DNA of 64,000 bases from Chara braunii. Taxonomy: Eukaryota > Plantae > Charophyceae. This document shows, in pieces, positions 25,490-35,909 of the stretch; position 1 is the first letter of the stretch, and the number at the start of each line of letters is the position of its first letter. The stretch spans positions 5,056,435 to 5,120,434 of the forward strand of contig BFEA01000025.1 of NCBI GenBank assembly GCA_003427395.1, in the 5' to 3' direction. Under the pieces are notes generated by a model that was given only the letters and a program-made list of their open reading frames with translations, was not told where the DNA came from and did not search any database. The position numbers were made by a program, and so were the translations under genes.

Positions 25490-26483
25490 GTCAGTATTTT
25501 CTCTAGCCCTTTTTGTACCCTCTTGTCTTGAAATTTGATGCAATGGTTTTCTGGTTCTTCTCAGTGTTGGGGATCATTGATATTTGTTGGGCAGTTTTTT
25601 TTGTCTACGGCACGGGTATGATTGAGGATGAATGTTTCAGATTTGTGAGGCTCCTGTTTACTGTGTGGCTTCTGTTTCAGCAAATGGGACTAGCCATATC
25701 TGACTGGGCCCCGTGACAGTTTCCCGTCATACAGCTGTCCATCAGCGTTCCGTCTTGAACGCATAACACGCCCAGACGGGCCAACACTGCGTGCCTCCTG
25801 GATGTTTCTGCCGGGCCAGCGGCACGGGTTGCGTGCCCCCCGATCACCAAATGAAATTAAATAGGTCACTGCTTCGTGGTGGTAACTATCAACGCTGCGC
25901 CCATCCATTTTCATTTCATTTCAAATGGTTATGTGGCCTCTGGTGACACAAGCGCCACGAAGCGTTCATCTTTCCCACCCGCCCCAGGACGGTGGGGTTG
26001 AACATCTGTGGTGTTCCTATGTACTGTGGCGCTTCCGTTTCCTTAAAGGGGGCTAGCTCTACCTGACCAGGCCCTGATGCCTTGATGTCCACTGGCTTTG
26101 GGGGGCCAAGCGGCGCAGCCCTGTTTTTTTATAAATAAGAGACAGTGTGGGTCCTTCCGCACAAGGTCTCGTTGATTTTTGTCAGGATGGTACGGGTCAC
26201 ACAGTGTTGTATGGATTCTATAGAGAACATGTATGGATTCTATAGAGAACATGTACGTACTTTGTTGGAGATGGTTTGGGATGTCCACTGCCTTGTGAAA
26301 GTCTATGCTTCTGCTTGCTTTCAGGAAAAAAAAATGATGTCTTCTCACTTCAATGAGCGCCGATTGTCGTAGCACAGCACCTATTTTGTCCACATTGTTT
26401 GGCACGTCCAATGCTTGTTTGTGAAAAAGCGTAGTTTCTTCCATCAAGAAAGTGTGTCATGGTGTTTTCAGGACATCTGTTAA

Positions 26484-26636
26484 ACCACCAGTACGTGGCC
26501 CAGCTATCGGCCGTGGAAAAAAATAGAGTAGAAACGTTTCTAGTCGGATGAATTTGGGCGCTCCTGTAGTGACCCATACGTTTGCTAAAATCGTGGCGCT
26601 GCGGTAACGGGCACGACTCTAGGAAGTACTGGTTGT
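26484..26636. mobile_element. TTAA-target MITE inserted in a U6 copy
   Basis: TTAA duplicated at 26480-26483 and 26637-26640; TIR ACCACCAGTAC/GTACTGGTTGT; removal restores CATCTGTTAAAATTGGAACG. Confidence 0.85.
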
Positions 26637-26856
26637 TTAAAATTGGAACGATACAGAGAAAATTAGTATGACCCCTGCCCTGTGCAAGGATGACACGCAT
26701 AAGTCAGGAAATGGTCCAATTTTATTTAACAGTGAAAAGAAAAAAGAAAGTGTGTCATGGCTGTCCTTTGGGACGTCCGTTAAAATTGGAACGATACAGA
26801 GAAAGGAGATTAGCATGGCCCCTGCGCAAGGATGACACACATAAATCAAGAAATGG

Positions 26857-27309
26857 CTGTGGTAGTCATCGGGCGGCCCGGCTGGGGGAATGTCGCCCGG
26901 GTACCCTCCCGGGCGATCCCAGCGCATAATATTCAAAAACATAGAAAATAAAAAAAATTAAAAAAATCCGAAAAAAGAAAATGTTGTGTAAAAGTGCAAT
27001 ACAAACGACTTTTGGCTCAGGGCCACCTCGAAATTCCTTGTTAATTTCAAGATAAAAATAAATGAGAAAATGCACCCTTTTAAGCCCTTCAGTCACTGTT
27101 TATACCCCCCAACGCCCCCTTGATGACCCATCACCAAAACCGAAGTTAAGACCGGATTCTGACCCCTTGGGCCGAGCGCAGTCCTGGCCTGAAGTCTTTC
27201 TTTTTTTTTGGTATCCTTGCCTCTTTTTTAACCCGTCTGGTTTTGCCGGGCGACACCCCCTCTGCCCAACTGGCCCGGTCGTGCTGGGCCGGGCGACGGC
27301 CCAACATAG
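26857..27309. mobile_element. Non-autonomous DNA transposon with 8-bp TSD (hAT-like), inserted in a U6 copy
   Basis: TSD AGAAATGG at 26849-26856 and 27310-27317; GGCCCGG-rich subterminal motifs; homolog at 35910. Confidence 0.8.
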
Positions 27310-27362
27310 AGAAATGGTCCATTTTTTTTTTTAAACAAAAAAAAAGAAAGTGTGGCATGGCT

Positions 27363-27466
27363 GTCCTTCGGGACATCCGTTAAAATTGGAATGATACAGA
27401 GAATGAAGATTAGCATGGCCCCTGCCACGAGGATGACACACGTAAATTGAGAAATGGTCCAATTTT
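27363..27466 (+). pseudogene. U6: U6 snRNA pseudogene, full length
   Basis: GTCCTTCGGGACATCCGTTAAAATTGGAATGATACAGAGA..GATTAGCATGGCCCCTG..GGATGACAC..GAGAAATGGTCCAATTTT; indels, no recognisable USE/TATA. Confidence 0.9.
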
Positions 27467-27502
27467 ATTTAAAAGGAAAAAAAAAGAAAGTGTGTCATGG
27501 CT

Positions 27503-27520
27503 GTCCTTTGGGAGATCCGT

Positions 27521-27552
<32 letters not shown>

Positions 27553-27607
27553 GGCCCCTGAGCAAGGATGACATCATGACACCCATAAATCAAGAAATGG
27601 TCTTTTT
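27503..27607 (+). pseudogene. U6: U6 snRNA pseudogene, full length
   Basis: Intact AAAATTGGAACGATACAGAGAAGATTAGCATGGCCCCTG; insertion after GGATGACA. Confidence 0.9.
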
Positions 27608-28719
27608 ATTTTAACGAAAAAAAGAAAGTGTCATGGCTATCTGTACTGCAGCCTGCTTACATGTCCACTTTCTGTATGGGCCCAAGTGGTGCAGCCCTAG
27701 TTCAGTACAAATATATGGCAGTGAGAGAAAAGTGATCTGGCTTCGTTATTCACGGGGGCATCTCTATACGAGGTCTCGGTGATTGTTGCCACGGTGGTGT
27801 GAGTCGAGCGTTGTGGTTTTGAGCGTCTACGTTTCTGTGGAGATGGTTTGGGATGTACTCTGCCTTCTGACAGCCGATACTTCCCCGTGAACGAAGAGAG
27901 AGAACGACTACTTCGTTGTGGTCTTGAGCGGCTAATTTTCTGTGGGGATGGTTTGGGATGTACTCTGCTTTCTGAAAGCCGATACTTCCCCGTGAACAAA
28001 GAGAGTGAACGACGACTTCCTTGAACGAAGCACCGAATGGCAGCACACCGCTAAGAAAACTAGGCAAAGGGCGCCAGTGAAGTATGCTTCCCCGCAGGGT
28101 TGTTTTGTGTGTGAATGCTTGACATTGCTTGTCGTTGGTTGTATCGATGTATGAGCTGGACCGGTCGAGGGCGGTAAACATGGACTATTCTCCCCTCACC
28201 ACTGCATCTATGTAGTTGGTTTTTGATGGCCTCCAGGTGCTTGGGAGGCTTCGGCGCACTGTCACAATCGCCTCAAAGAAATCCAGCAGGCTGTTTCCTG
28301 TTGAGGTATTATTGGTGTGACCTTGTGCACGGTACGGGCGGTTGAATTGGAGGTATATCTGGGTGATCCTTGGAAAAAAATGTTGCACTGGAAAGATGAT
28401 GCAGCTGTTTATAGTGAAAACATTTGAAAGTGATGCACTCGAAAAAAATCATGTGCACCTCCTGTAAGTCAGAGCAGGCAAGCCATTTGCTGTGTGGTCA
28501 GTTCTTCAGTAGTATGTGTGCAAAGACTTGCTTACTCTGGTCACTCACTCTTTTTTGCTGGTGCAGTGTCACTTTTGAGACGGTGATAGCCGTATTTCAG
28601 ACTATTTCTGGTTTTGAGCAAACTCTGACATTACTGTAAGCCCATGCTGGATATTGTGGTGGTTCGTACGCTGAATCGAACTCTCTGAATTTCTTCCTCA
28701 AAAGCACTCTCCTTATCAG

Positions 28720-28818
28720 TGCTGCAGGCGGAGCGGATGGGCCCGACCGCATCTTCATTGGGGGCCTGCCATACTATTTGACAGAAACACAGATCAAGGA
28801 GCTGCTGTCCACCTTTGG
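28720..28818 (+). CDS. U2AF65: U2AF65 exon, RRM2 start (AAGGADGPDRIFIGGLPYYLTETQIKELLSTFG)
   Basis: RRM2 RNP2; canonical splice sites, phase 2-2. Confidence 0.96.
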
Positions 28819-30257
28819 GTGAGTCATTACCATTGTCTTCTGAATGGTGTGGCCCCACCTCTTGCCTGTGAATGGCAGTCTGGCATTGTATTGAACGATG
28901 TGTGTGTGCAGAAGTCGATGGCTGATATATTTGATAATTCTGCAGGTCTGATCATCCGTTACGTGTGCGGGTTTTTCCCGGAGCACATGGAATACGTGTA
29001 GACCTATTTGGGTTTTTCTTCTTCACCCCTCTCTCCTTCCGTTTCTCGTCTCTACAACATTTTTTTGCTACCCAGTTTTATTTGTGTAATTAGTAGCGCA
29101 TGTTCCAGCTTAACGAGCAAACATCATTAGCGGTTAACAGGGACCCCCACTTTTCAGGCCCAAGGTAAGAAGGGGTGGGGGGGTCGGGAGGGTGATGCGC
29201 ATTGTAGGCCAGGTTCGAAGTAGTGGTGTGGAAGAAAATGAAGGGAAGGGGGAATGGGTTTTTGCGAGAGGAGCGGAAGAATTATGCCTGGCAAAGTGTA
29301 CGGTCGTGATTTTTTGGTGGACAAAGAGGTTAAAGTTCCGCTAAACATTTTTGGTACTTTTTTTTTTTTGACTTTTTTTTGGTTTTATTAGTAGTGCATG
29401 TTCGAGGGTAATGAGGAAAGAAGGGAGGAAGAAGAGAACTCCGATGCGATACATGGAATCTGACACAGATATCGTCTGCCAACGATGGGAGGACGAAGCC
29501 ATTGGAGGCCAGGTTCAAAGCAGTGGTGTGGAAGAAAAGGCCGGGAAGGGGGCAAGGGTTTAATCATCACTTCAATGCGAGGAGTGAAAGGAGAATGGCT
29601 GGCAAAGTGTAAAGACGTGATGTCTAGGTAGATAAGGGGGGAGGAAGGTGGGTAGGAGGGTACCTGGATGGGTTTGATTGGCCTGTGAAGATGTGCGATA
29701 GCCTGCTTGCGATAGCCTGCTTGTGATAGCCTGCTTGCGGAGAAAATATAACTTCCTTGGTTGGCAGGTCTGCGGAACGTGTCCAAAGTACGAGAAGGAA
29801 ACGTAGCAAGTGTTTCGAAAGGCTTCCTAGCAAAGCGCACACTGGTAGGAAACTGTTAAGTACACTGCGAGAACAGGTATTTTTGAAAGGAGACTTTATA
29901 CCCATTAAGGGGGAGCGAATCCTGAAACATTGCCTCAGTTCGGATTGTTCTCTGCAACTCGAGAACATGAAGTTGGAATCGTCTTTTAGATGCTTGAGGG
30001 TTTTTTATGAACTTGTGTGGTTCTCTTCGAAGAGGTGTTTGGAGTATACGCAGTCAAAAAACAATTGACGGAAAACGAGGCCGTAAATACTAAACAGTAA
30101 TTTTTTTGTCCATTAAAATCTTATGTAATATTGCATTGAAAGAGTGCGGGGGAGGTGTTTTGCTTGTCCTGCTGCTTTGGCTATTAGCTATTTTGTTTTC
30201 GGTTCCCTCCCCCAGAACTGTCGCTGCAACCTTTTGTGAGGTTGGACATGCCTGCAC

Positions 30258-30366
30258 TACCGTCTTCACCCGAATAGAACGCCCAGTCATTATAGCCGTA
30301 TTTGGTGCAATTTTGAGTCTAGATGCAGTGACAATGACCGGGCGTTCTATTCGGGTGAAGACGGTA
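30258..30366. mobile_element. TA-flanked MITE with long perfect TIRs
   Basis: TA-CCGTCTTCACCCGAATAGAACGCCC...GGGCGTTCTATTCGGGTGAAGACGG-TA. Confidence 0.88.
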
Positions 30367-30552
30367 GTGTGTATAGCATTAAACCACCACCAGTACACGC
30401 GGCCCCCTGTCAAAGGCCGAAACGCGATATTGGGACGGGATGCACAGGCAAAAATTGAAAGAGAAAAACAACACACACAAAAGAAAAACGAACGAGTTTT
30501 TGATGGTATGCTGTGGCTTTCATTTACTGTCACAAATTTGTTTTTGGTGCAG

Positions 30553-30628
30553 GCCTCTGCGTGCATTTGATCTTGTTAGAGATCGCGACACGGGCAACTC
30601 GAAGGGTTACGGGTTCTGTGTCTATCAG
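30553..30628 (+). CDS. U2AF65: U2AF65 exon (PLRAFDLVRDRDTGNSKGYGFCVYQ)
   Basis: RRM2 RNP1 KGYGFCVY; canonical splice sites. Confidence 0.97.
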
Positions 30629-31014
30629 GTTGGTACTGATGTCTACATGGTTCCCATCTTCATTCTCGAGTGCCTGTTTGTGATCAATGCAGTTCATTGG
30701 GAACTGTGTGCATATTTTGAGAATGTGTACACTGTACTACAACAGCTTGAGCACATCACGCGAACAATAAGCGAACGCTGAAGGCGCCAAGCATGCTTGC
30801 TCAGGTGCTAAAGGAATGATGGGAGCCAGGCTCCGGTGTGCAGGTGGTTTAAGATTGGCATGTATCTCCTTCCCGGTCTGGGTTCGGGTTCGTCCATTTG
30901 AGAGCCTTTGCTGGGAAAAAAGAACCGTTGACCTTCGTGGTGAGTCATCACCAAGCATTAGGTGACTGTGTTCCGGTGTTTATATCGTTGATGCTCTCAA
31001 CCACAACTGGCCCA

Positions 31015-31835
31015 ACCGGGGTTAAGGTGGAGTATCACTTACAGAATAAACAGTTAGGGGATGTTGCAGACTGTCGAGGGTTCAGCCGCCTGATGAGTCG
31101 GTGAAACTCCGACAAAACAGTTTGTCACAGCTCCTCGTTTGTTGCCTTCTTCTCCCTCTCTGGTGACGGTTTACCAGGGAGTTCTGTTTGACGATATGAA
31201 ATGAACCAAGTACTCGTCAAGATTCACCTAGCAAACATCGATGAACATTTGCACGAGAGTTCACACGTGAGAAGCCGAAGCTGAGATTCAATCAACACAT
31301 GAGGAAGTCGTCTCCGACGAAACAGTTTGTCACAGCCCGTCGTTTGTTGTCCTCTTCTCCCTCTCTGCCTACGGTTTACCGTAGGCAGCTCTGTTTGATG
31401 ATATATACCACGAGTTCGCTAGCACCCTGCTACGGTTTTCTCCGGTCAGGTCGAGCTGTGCTTCTAGTCTGTCTGGAGTGTATTTTTTGGCTGTGACAGA
31501 CCTTTCTTTGTTTCGTGGGTGTTTTGCTGGCTTACCTTGTGATGGGGTGTGAACCGACGGTCTGTTGAGTTTTCCGTCTGTTGTGGGTGAGTGATAGTCT
31601 GCTTTGATTTTCGTCACTGGTACCTTGAGGACAGTGGTTGGTGCCCACCTCAGGGTATCAGTTGTCGGGCAGTCATTGATGCTTAACCACAGCCGGGTTA
31701 AGGTGGATTATCACTTACAGTGTAATCAGTTAGGGGATTCTGCAGACTGTTGAGGTTCACAGCCCCTCGTTTGTTGTCCTCTTCTCCCTCTCTGCCTACC
31801 GTTTACCATGCAGCGCTGTTTGACGATATGTATGA
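31015..31835 (+). repeat. Cluster of three copies of a hammerhead-bearing non-coding repeat
   Basis: Copies about 31015-31198, 31312-31405, 31690-31830 share TCGTTTGTTG(T)CCTCTTCTCCCTCTCTG..ACGGTTTACC..TGTTTGACGATAT; 3' fragment also at 42560-42622. Confidence 0.85.
31062..31129 (+). ncRNA. Type III hammerhead ribozyme motif (G12 to A, weakened stem I)
   Basis: GCAGACTGT/ACAGTTTGT stem III, GTC triplet ending 31075, CTGATGA 31090-31096, stem II GTCGG/CCGAC with loop TGAAACT. Confidence 0.8.
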
Positions 31836-32006
31836 ACTAAAAGTGCCACTATGCAAAACAAACGGTAAAATAAAAGAAAAGAAGACCAACGTGAGGGGCA
31901 CGCTGAAACCATTCATTTTTCTCATTCTTCTTTTATATGCTAACACCGGGAATAATGCTTTTTTTTCTCATCTTTGGTGTGGGTGGGGTGCGGTGTCCTC
32001 TTGCAG

Positions 32007-32095
32007 GACCCGGCTGTGGTCGATGTTGTGTGTGCAGCCCTCAATGGCATGAAGATGGGTGACAAAACATTGACTGTCAGGCGAGCAACAGCAAG
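32007..32095 (+). CDS. U2AF65: U2AF65 exon (DPAVVDVVCAALNGMKMGDKTLTVRRATA)
   Basis: RRM2 C-terminus; canonical splice sites. Confidence 0.96.
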
Positions 32096-32202
32096 GTAAA
32101 TTAAGTTCCCGGCAGCGCTTCCATGATGCTATGCGAGCAATCTTTCTCATCTCTGATCATTTCTGGAAGGAAATTTCTCTGATGAAAAAGATGATGATAC
32201 AG

Positions 32203-32270
32203 CGAGCCTAGGTCAGTTGGTACAACCTATGAACTGTTGAAATACAGATCCAAGTTCGAGTCCAGATGAA
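32203..32270 (+). mobile_element. tRNA-derived SINE-like element
   Basis: A-box-like TAGGTCAGTTGG and B-box GTTCGAGTCC. Confidence 0.6.
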
Positions 32271-32516
32271 ATAAATTAAAAAAATTGTTCTTTAAAGAAG
32301 GTTGTGTAACTAGATGCCCACGCAAACGCGCCACAGTCTCAGTTGAAGCCGAGGCCGATAAAAGTACTGATCAGGAGGACTCAGCTTGGTAACCAGCTGA
32401 GAGGAGTTGTACCAAGAAAGAATGCGGTGGCTGTTGAGGGTAAGGCTCCAATGTGGATGAACATCACCTGCTGCATTGAGATCGGGTGTGCGAGAAAATG
32501 CCATCGGTGGTGTGAT

Positions 32517-32724
32517 GTGTGTGTGTGTGTGTGTGTGTGAGTACATACCCTGCAGCCATGTAGCTGTGGGGTGGATATCAGGACCGGCTTGGTTCCAATT
32601 TTGTACGCCTTGTCATGGCTGTCTTGAACGGTGCTTGGCTCTTTCGGCCATGGGTGCCGGTTCGAATCCACGATGTGCAGTCACGGGGTGTGTGTGTGTG
32701 TGTGTGTGTGTGTGTCTGTGTGTG

Positions 32725-32766
<42 letters not shown>

Positions 32767-32911
32767 TACATACGCTGCAGCCATGCAGCTGTGGGGTGGA
32801 TATCACGACCGGCTTGGTTCCAATTTTGTACGCCTTGTCGTGGCTGTCTTGTACGACGCTTGGCTCTTTCGGCCATGGGTGCCGGTTCGAATCCATGATG
32901 TGCAGTCACGG
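32517..32911 (+). repeat. Two tandem units with (GT)n and a tRNA-like segment
   Basis: About 150-bp unit duplicated; contains GGCTCTTTCGGCCATGGGTGCCGGTTCGAATCC. Confidence 0.75.
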
Positions 32912-33739
32912 ATGGATCCGATGCCGGTAAAAGTATTGATTACGTTAGCTGTGATAGAATGAAATGGAAGTGATCCATTTTTTGTGACTTGGAATGAAAC
33001 ACAGGTAATGAGAGAGACTGACGATGTGTACAAAAAATTCTGAAACTTCACCCCCCAGTGGAGTGAATGGCATCGATTTGGATGTACTCGCATCAATTCC
33101 CAGTTGTTGAAAAGACAGTTCCCTTTGTATAATACATACTCCCATAACTTTTTTTTTCTGTTGATAAGAAGGTCATATGGTCATTGTTGTGCTATTACAC
33201 AGAACAGAATTGAGTTATCTGTTAGAACTTAGAGCCATTTGGTCTCTCCAGCAAACCATCCACCTTTGTTTTTGCATGGCAACTCCAACTTCAGGGCGAC
33301 GTGCACAATGTTTTTGCGGGAACTGTGTTGGGAGTCTTGCGACCAATCGTGTCCTGTCAAGAATCTCTAGTTCTGTCTCGGGACCAATTGCGGGAATTGT
33401 GTCGGGAGTCTGTCTTTGGACCCTGTTGGTGCGCAACTGTGGGCTTTACTTGTTTACAGGGTGTGTTTGCATTTGTCGGTGAGCGTGTAGGTTTCTGGAG
33501 AGACCGTGTTCGTGTCCGGAACATTTCTATTGTCTACGCTGCGTCCCTTCTTCCTTGGATTTTGACGTCCATGCACTTAGTCCCATTCTGATAGTGTGTC
33601 CAGGGCTGATGCATCTGTTGCCCACTCTGCAAGTCGTCTGCGTGTAACCTTACCTTACCTATGTCTCAGCTGCTTAGTCCGGTCGTGATCGTACGTTTCC
33701 TGATAACTTTGCCCACTGCCGGTGCGCGATTGTTTGTAG

Positions 33740-33806
33740 CAGTGGGCAGCCCAAGCCGGATCAAGCGAATGTCTTGCAGCAGGCCCAGCAACAGATTGCT
33801 CTGCAG
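33740..33806 (+). CDS. U2AF65: U2AF65 exon (SGQPKPDQANVLQQAQQQIALQ); alternative start at 33743
   Basis: Conserved AQQQIALQ; TAGCAG tandem acceptor. Confidence 0.93.
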
Positions 33807-34430
33807 GTATTTGATTTTCGCCTGACCTCGAAACCATTCCATTCCATTACTTGACTGTGTTTATTTTTTTTTTCTATGGTGTAGAATGGCTGGTTTTGTG
33901 TTAAATGCTCTCTGGAATGCTGCTATCGGCAACCTTATAATATTACTTGTTGATGAGCTTTCCTTGTAATCCCCCTCTCTCAGCCCATTCATGCAGTTCT
34001 GATGTAACGTCTGGAATCGTTGTAGAATGTCTGCCTGCCCGCAGCACCTCGTTCGAGAGGCTAATTTTTGACACGTTTTCAACCTTGCATGCGAGTCCGT
34101 TTGGCGCTGGACATGTTTGCGACCTTGCATGTGAGAGTTCGTTTGGCGCTTTGCCTTTTCTATGATTGCGCGGTATGGTGCGTATGTAGGATACTGTAAA
34201 ATTGTGTAAATACTAAATTGTTATTTTCAATGTTTTGTGAGTTGTGTAATTTGTCTATTGAAGTGTGGTAAAGGATATATAACGGGCTTCTGTGAGAATG
34301 CGTAAGAGAGTCTGCGGAAAAAAAAGCACGAAAAGCATTTGTCAGTGTGCGTCCATGAGCTCAAAATCGGTGGTGCGAGTTTGGGGCTGTACGGCTGACA
34401 TTTGGCTTTCTTTTATGATTTTTAAAGCAG

Positions 34431-34682
34431 AGACTGGCGCTGGGAGCGACGGGAGCGAATGCTGTGGGACTGGGCATGAACTCAGCCATGTCGGCAATGC
34501 CATCGATGTCCAGCATGATGGCCGGCATGTCAGGGATGTCAGGAATGTCCGGGCTGATCCCTGGTATGATGGCGAGCATGTCCAGCATGCTGCCCACTAT
34601 GAATCCATCTGCCGCTAATAATCATGGCGCTCAGCCGACTTCTGCTGCCGAAGTTCCGACAAGAGTTGTCTGCCTTGTTCAG
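34431..34682 (+). CDS. U2AF65: U2AF65 exon, Met/Ser/Gly-rich linker plus UHM start (EVPTRVVCLVQ)
   Basis: 252 nt open, phase 0-0, PT.VVCL motif of RRM3/UHM. Confidence 0.92.
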
Positions 34683-34807
34683 GTAGGATGCCCTCTTTCG
34701 AAAACTCTCCACGGGTTCAGCTGTAGGTTTCCCTCGTTGCTCGAAAAACTCCTCCTCCCCTGTGTGGCGACTCTGGCAAGGTTTTGCAGTGGTCTGAGTA
34801 ACAGGCC

Positions 34808-34930
34808 TGTGAGCCTAGCTCAGTTGCTGCTACAGAGTCAGTACAGAGTCAGTACAGAGTCAGTACAGACCCGTGAACTGTGTTGAAATACAGACCCAAG
34901 TTCGAATCCTGGTGAGAACCTAGATGTAGG
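34808..34930 (+). mobile_element. tRNA-derived SINE-like element with an internal 11-bp tandem expansion
   Basis: TAGCTCAGTTG (A box), (TACAGAGTCAG)x3+, GTTCGAATCC (B box). Confidence 0.65.
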
Positions 34931-35021
34931 AAAGAATTCTGAATTACCTTTTAACTTGCAAGTTTTAAGGCTGGTCAACGAGATGATGATATCTCAAGGC
35001 TGATGCCCTTTTTTTTAAGTT

Positions 35022-35217
35022 TTAAACCACTAGTACCTCCGCCAGTGTTGGGAAATTAAGGAAAAACTCCTGAACATTCGGAGGCCGGGCCCGAGGACGA
35101 CTGCAATTGATAAATCTGATCGGCGGCGGTCGTTTGGTTTCGGCCATCCGAAAAGGTCGGTCGGAGGCCCACCCGAGGCCTGCTATTTTCCCACGCGGCA
35201 AAGGTACTAGTGGTTAA
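35022..35217. mobile_element. TTAA-flanked MITE
   Basis: TTAA-ACCACTAGTACC...GGTACTAGTGG-TTAA; internal part matches 45130-45311. Confidence 0.82.
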
Positions 35218-35765
35218 GGGAAAAAAAAAAAAAGAAAAAAAAGGCGTCGGTGCAATCTGTGGAGTGTTATCGTTAGTCTGCCAAGTGGGGGGGAGATTCA
35301 TTGCGCATTTCCATTTCGTTCATATCTGCAAGTAGGTGTGCGGCAGGTGTCTAGCAGTTTTCCAAACCCAAAATACTGAAGCTAATTTTGCATGCAATCT
35401 TGGTACTAGTACTTCTACCTGGTCAATTCAACTCAATGGTCTTTTTGAAATCCTGCTGCCTAGAAGAATATGAGTATGAAAAGGAGTCTTTGGGTGTTTT
35501 GTCTGTGTGACGTCTCATCGCTTGCGACTCGTTGTTACCTTGGTTGTTTTGCCTGCAGTCCCTATTCGCTTATGTCTGTGTTCGAGTTTGCCCGCGCTGT
35601 ATGGCCCTGTCTGCGTTTTGGGTGGGCGTGCGTTCGAGCATATTGGTCTGCCGTGTTTCTGAAGCCATGTTGACTTGAAAATAGGACACAGGGATGAGCA
35701 GCATCTACCAGCGGCCGGCTAGATTGCTGTATATGCTGACAACGTCCTATCGATGTGAATTGTAG

Positions 35766-35847
35766 GTGGTTTCTCCAGAAGAGCTTAAAGACAACGAAGA
35801 GTACGAGTACATCATGGAAGATATGCGGGAAGAGTGTGGGAAATATG
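35766..35847 (+). CDS. U2AF65: U2AF65 exon (VVSPEELKDNEEYEYIMEDMREECGKY)
   Basis: Acidic UHM helix; canonical splice sites. Confidence 0.96.
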
Positions 35848-35909
35848 GTAAGAAATTGTCTCTTTCGTGGTGGTTATCATCTGTCCAATTGGTTTGAAAA
35901 GCTATAAAG

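Larger units (their letters stand above)
26446..27639 (+). repeat. Head-to-tail array of four U6 snRNA-derived copies
   Basis: Unit = AAGAAAGTGTGTCATGGCT + U6 + A-rich spacer; copies at about 26464-26723 (MITE-interrupted), 26763-27325 (MITE-interrupted), 27363-27466, 27503-27607. Confidence 0.92.

Noticed and set aside
26446-27639. CRISPR-like array or functional U6 gene cluster
   Set aside because: Units are U6 homologues with constant spacers in a eukaryote; indels and no promoter space argue against functional genes
32203-34930. tRNA genes
   Set aside because: A and B boxes are present but there is no complete cloverleaf; treated as SINE-like
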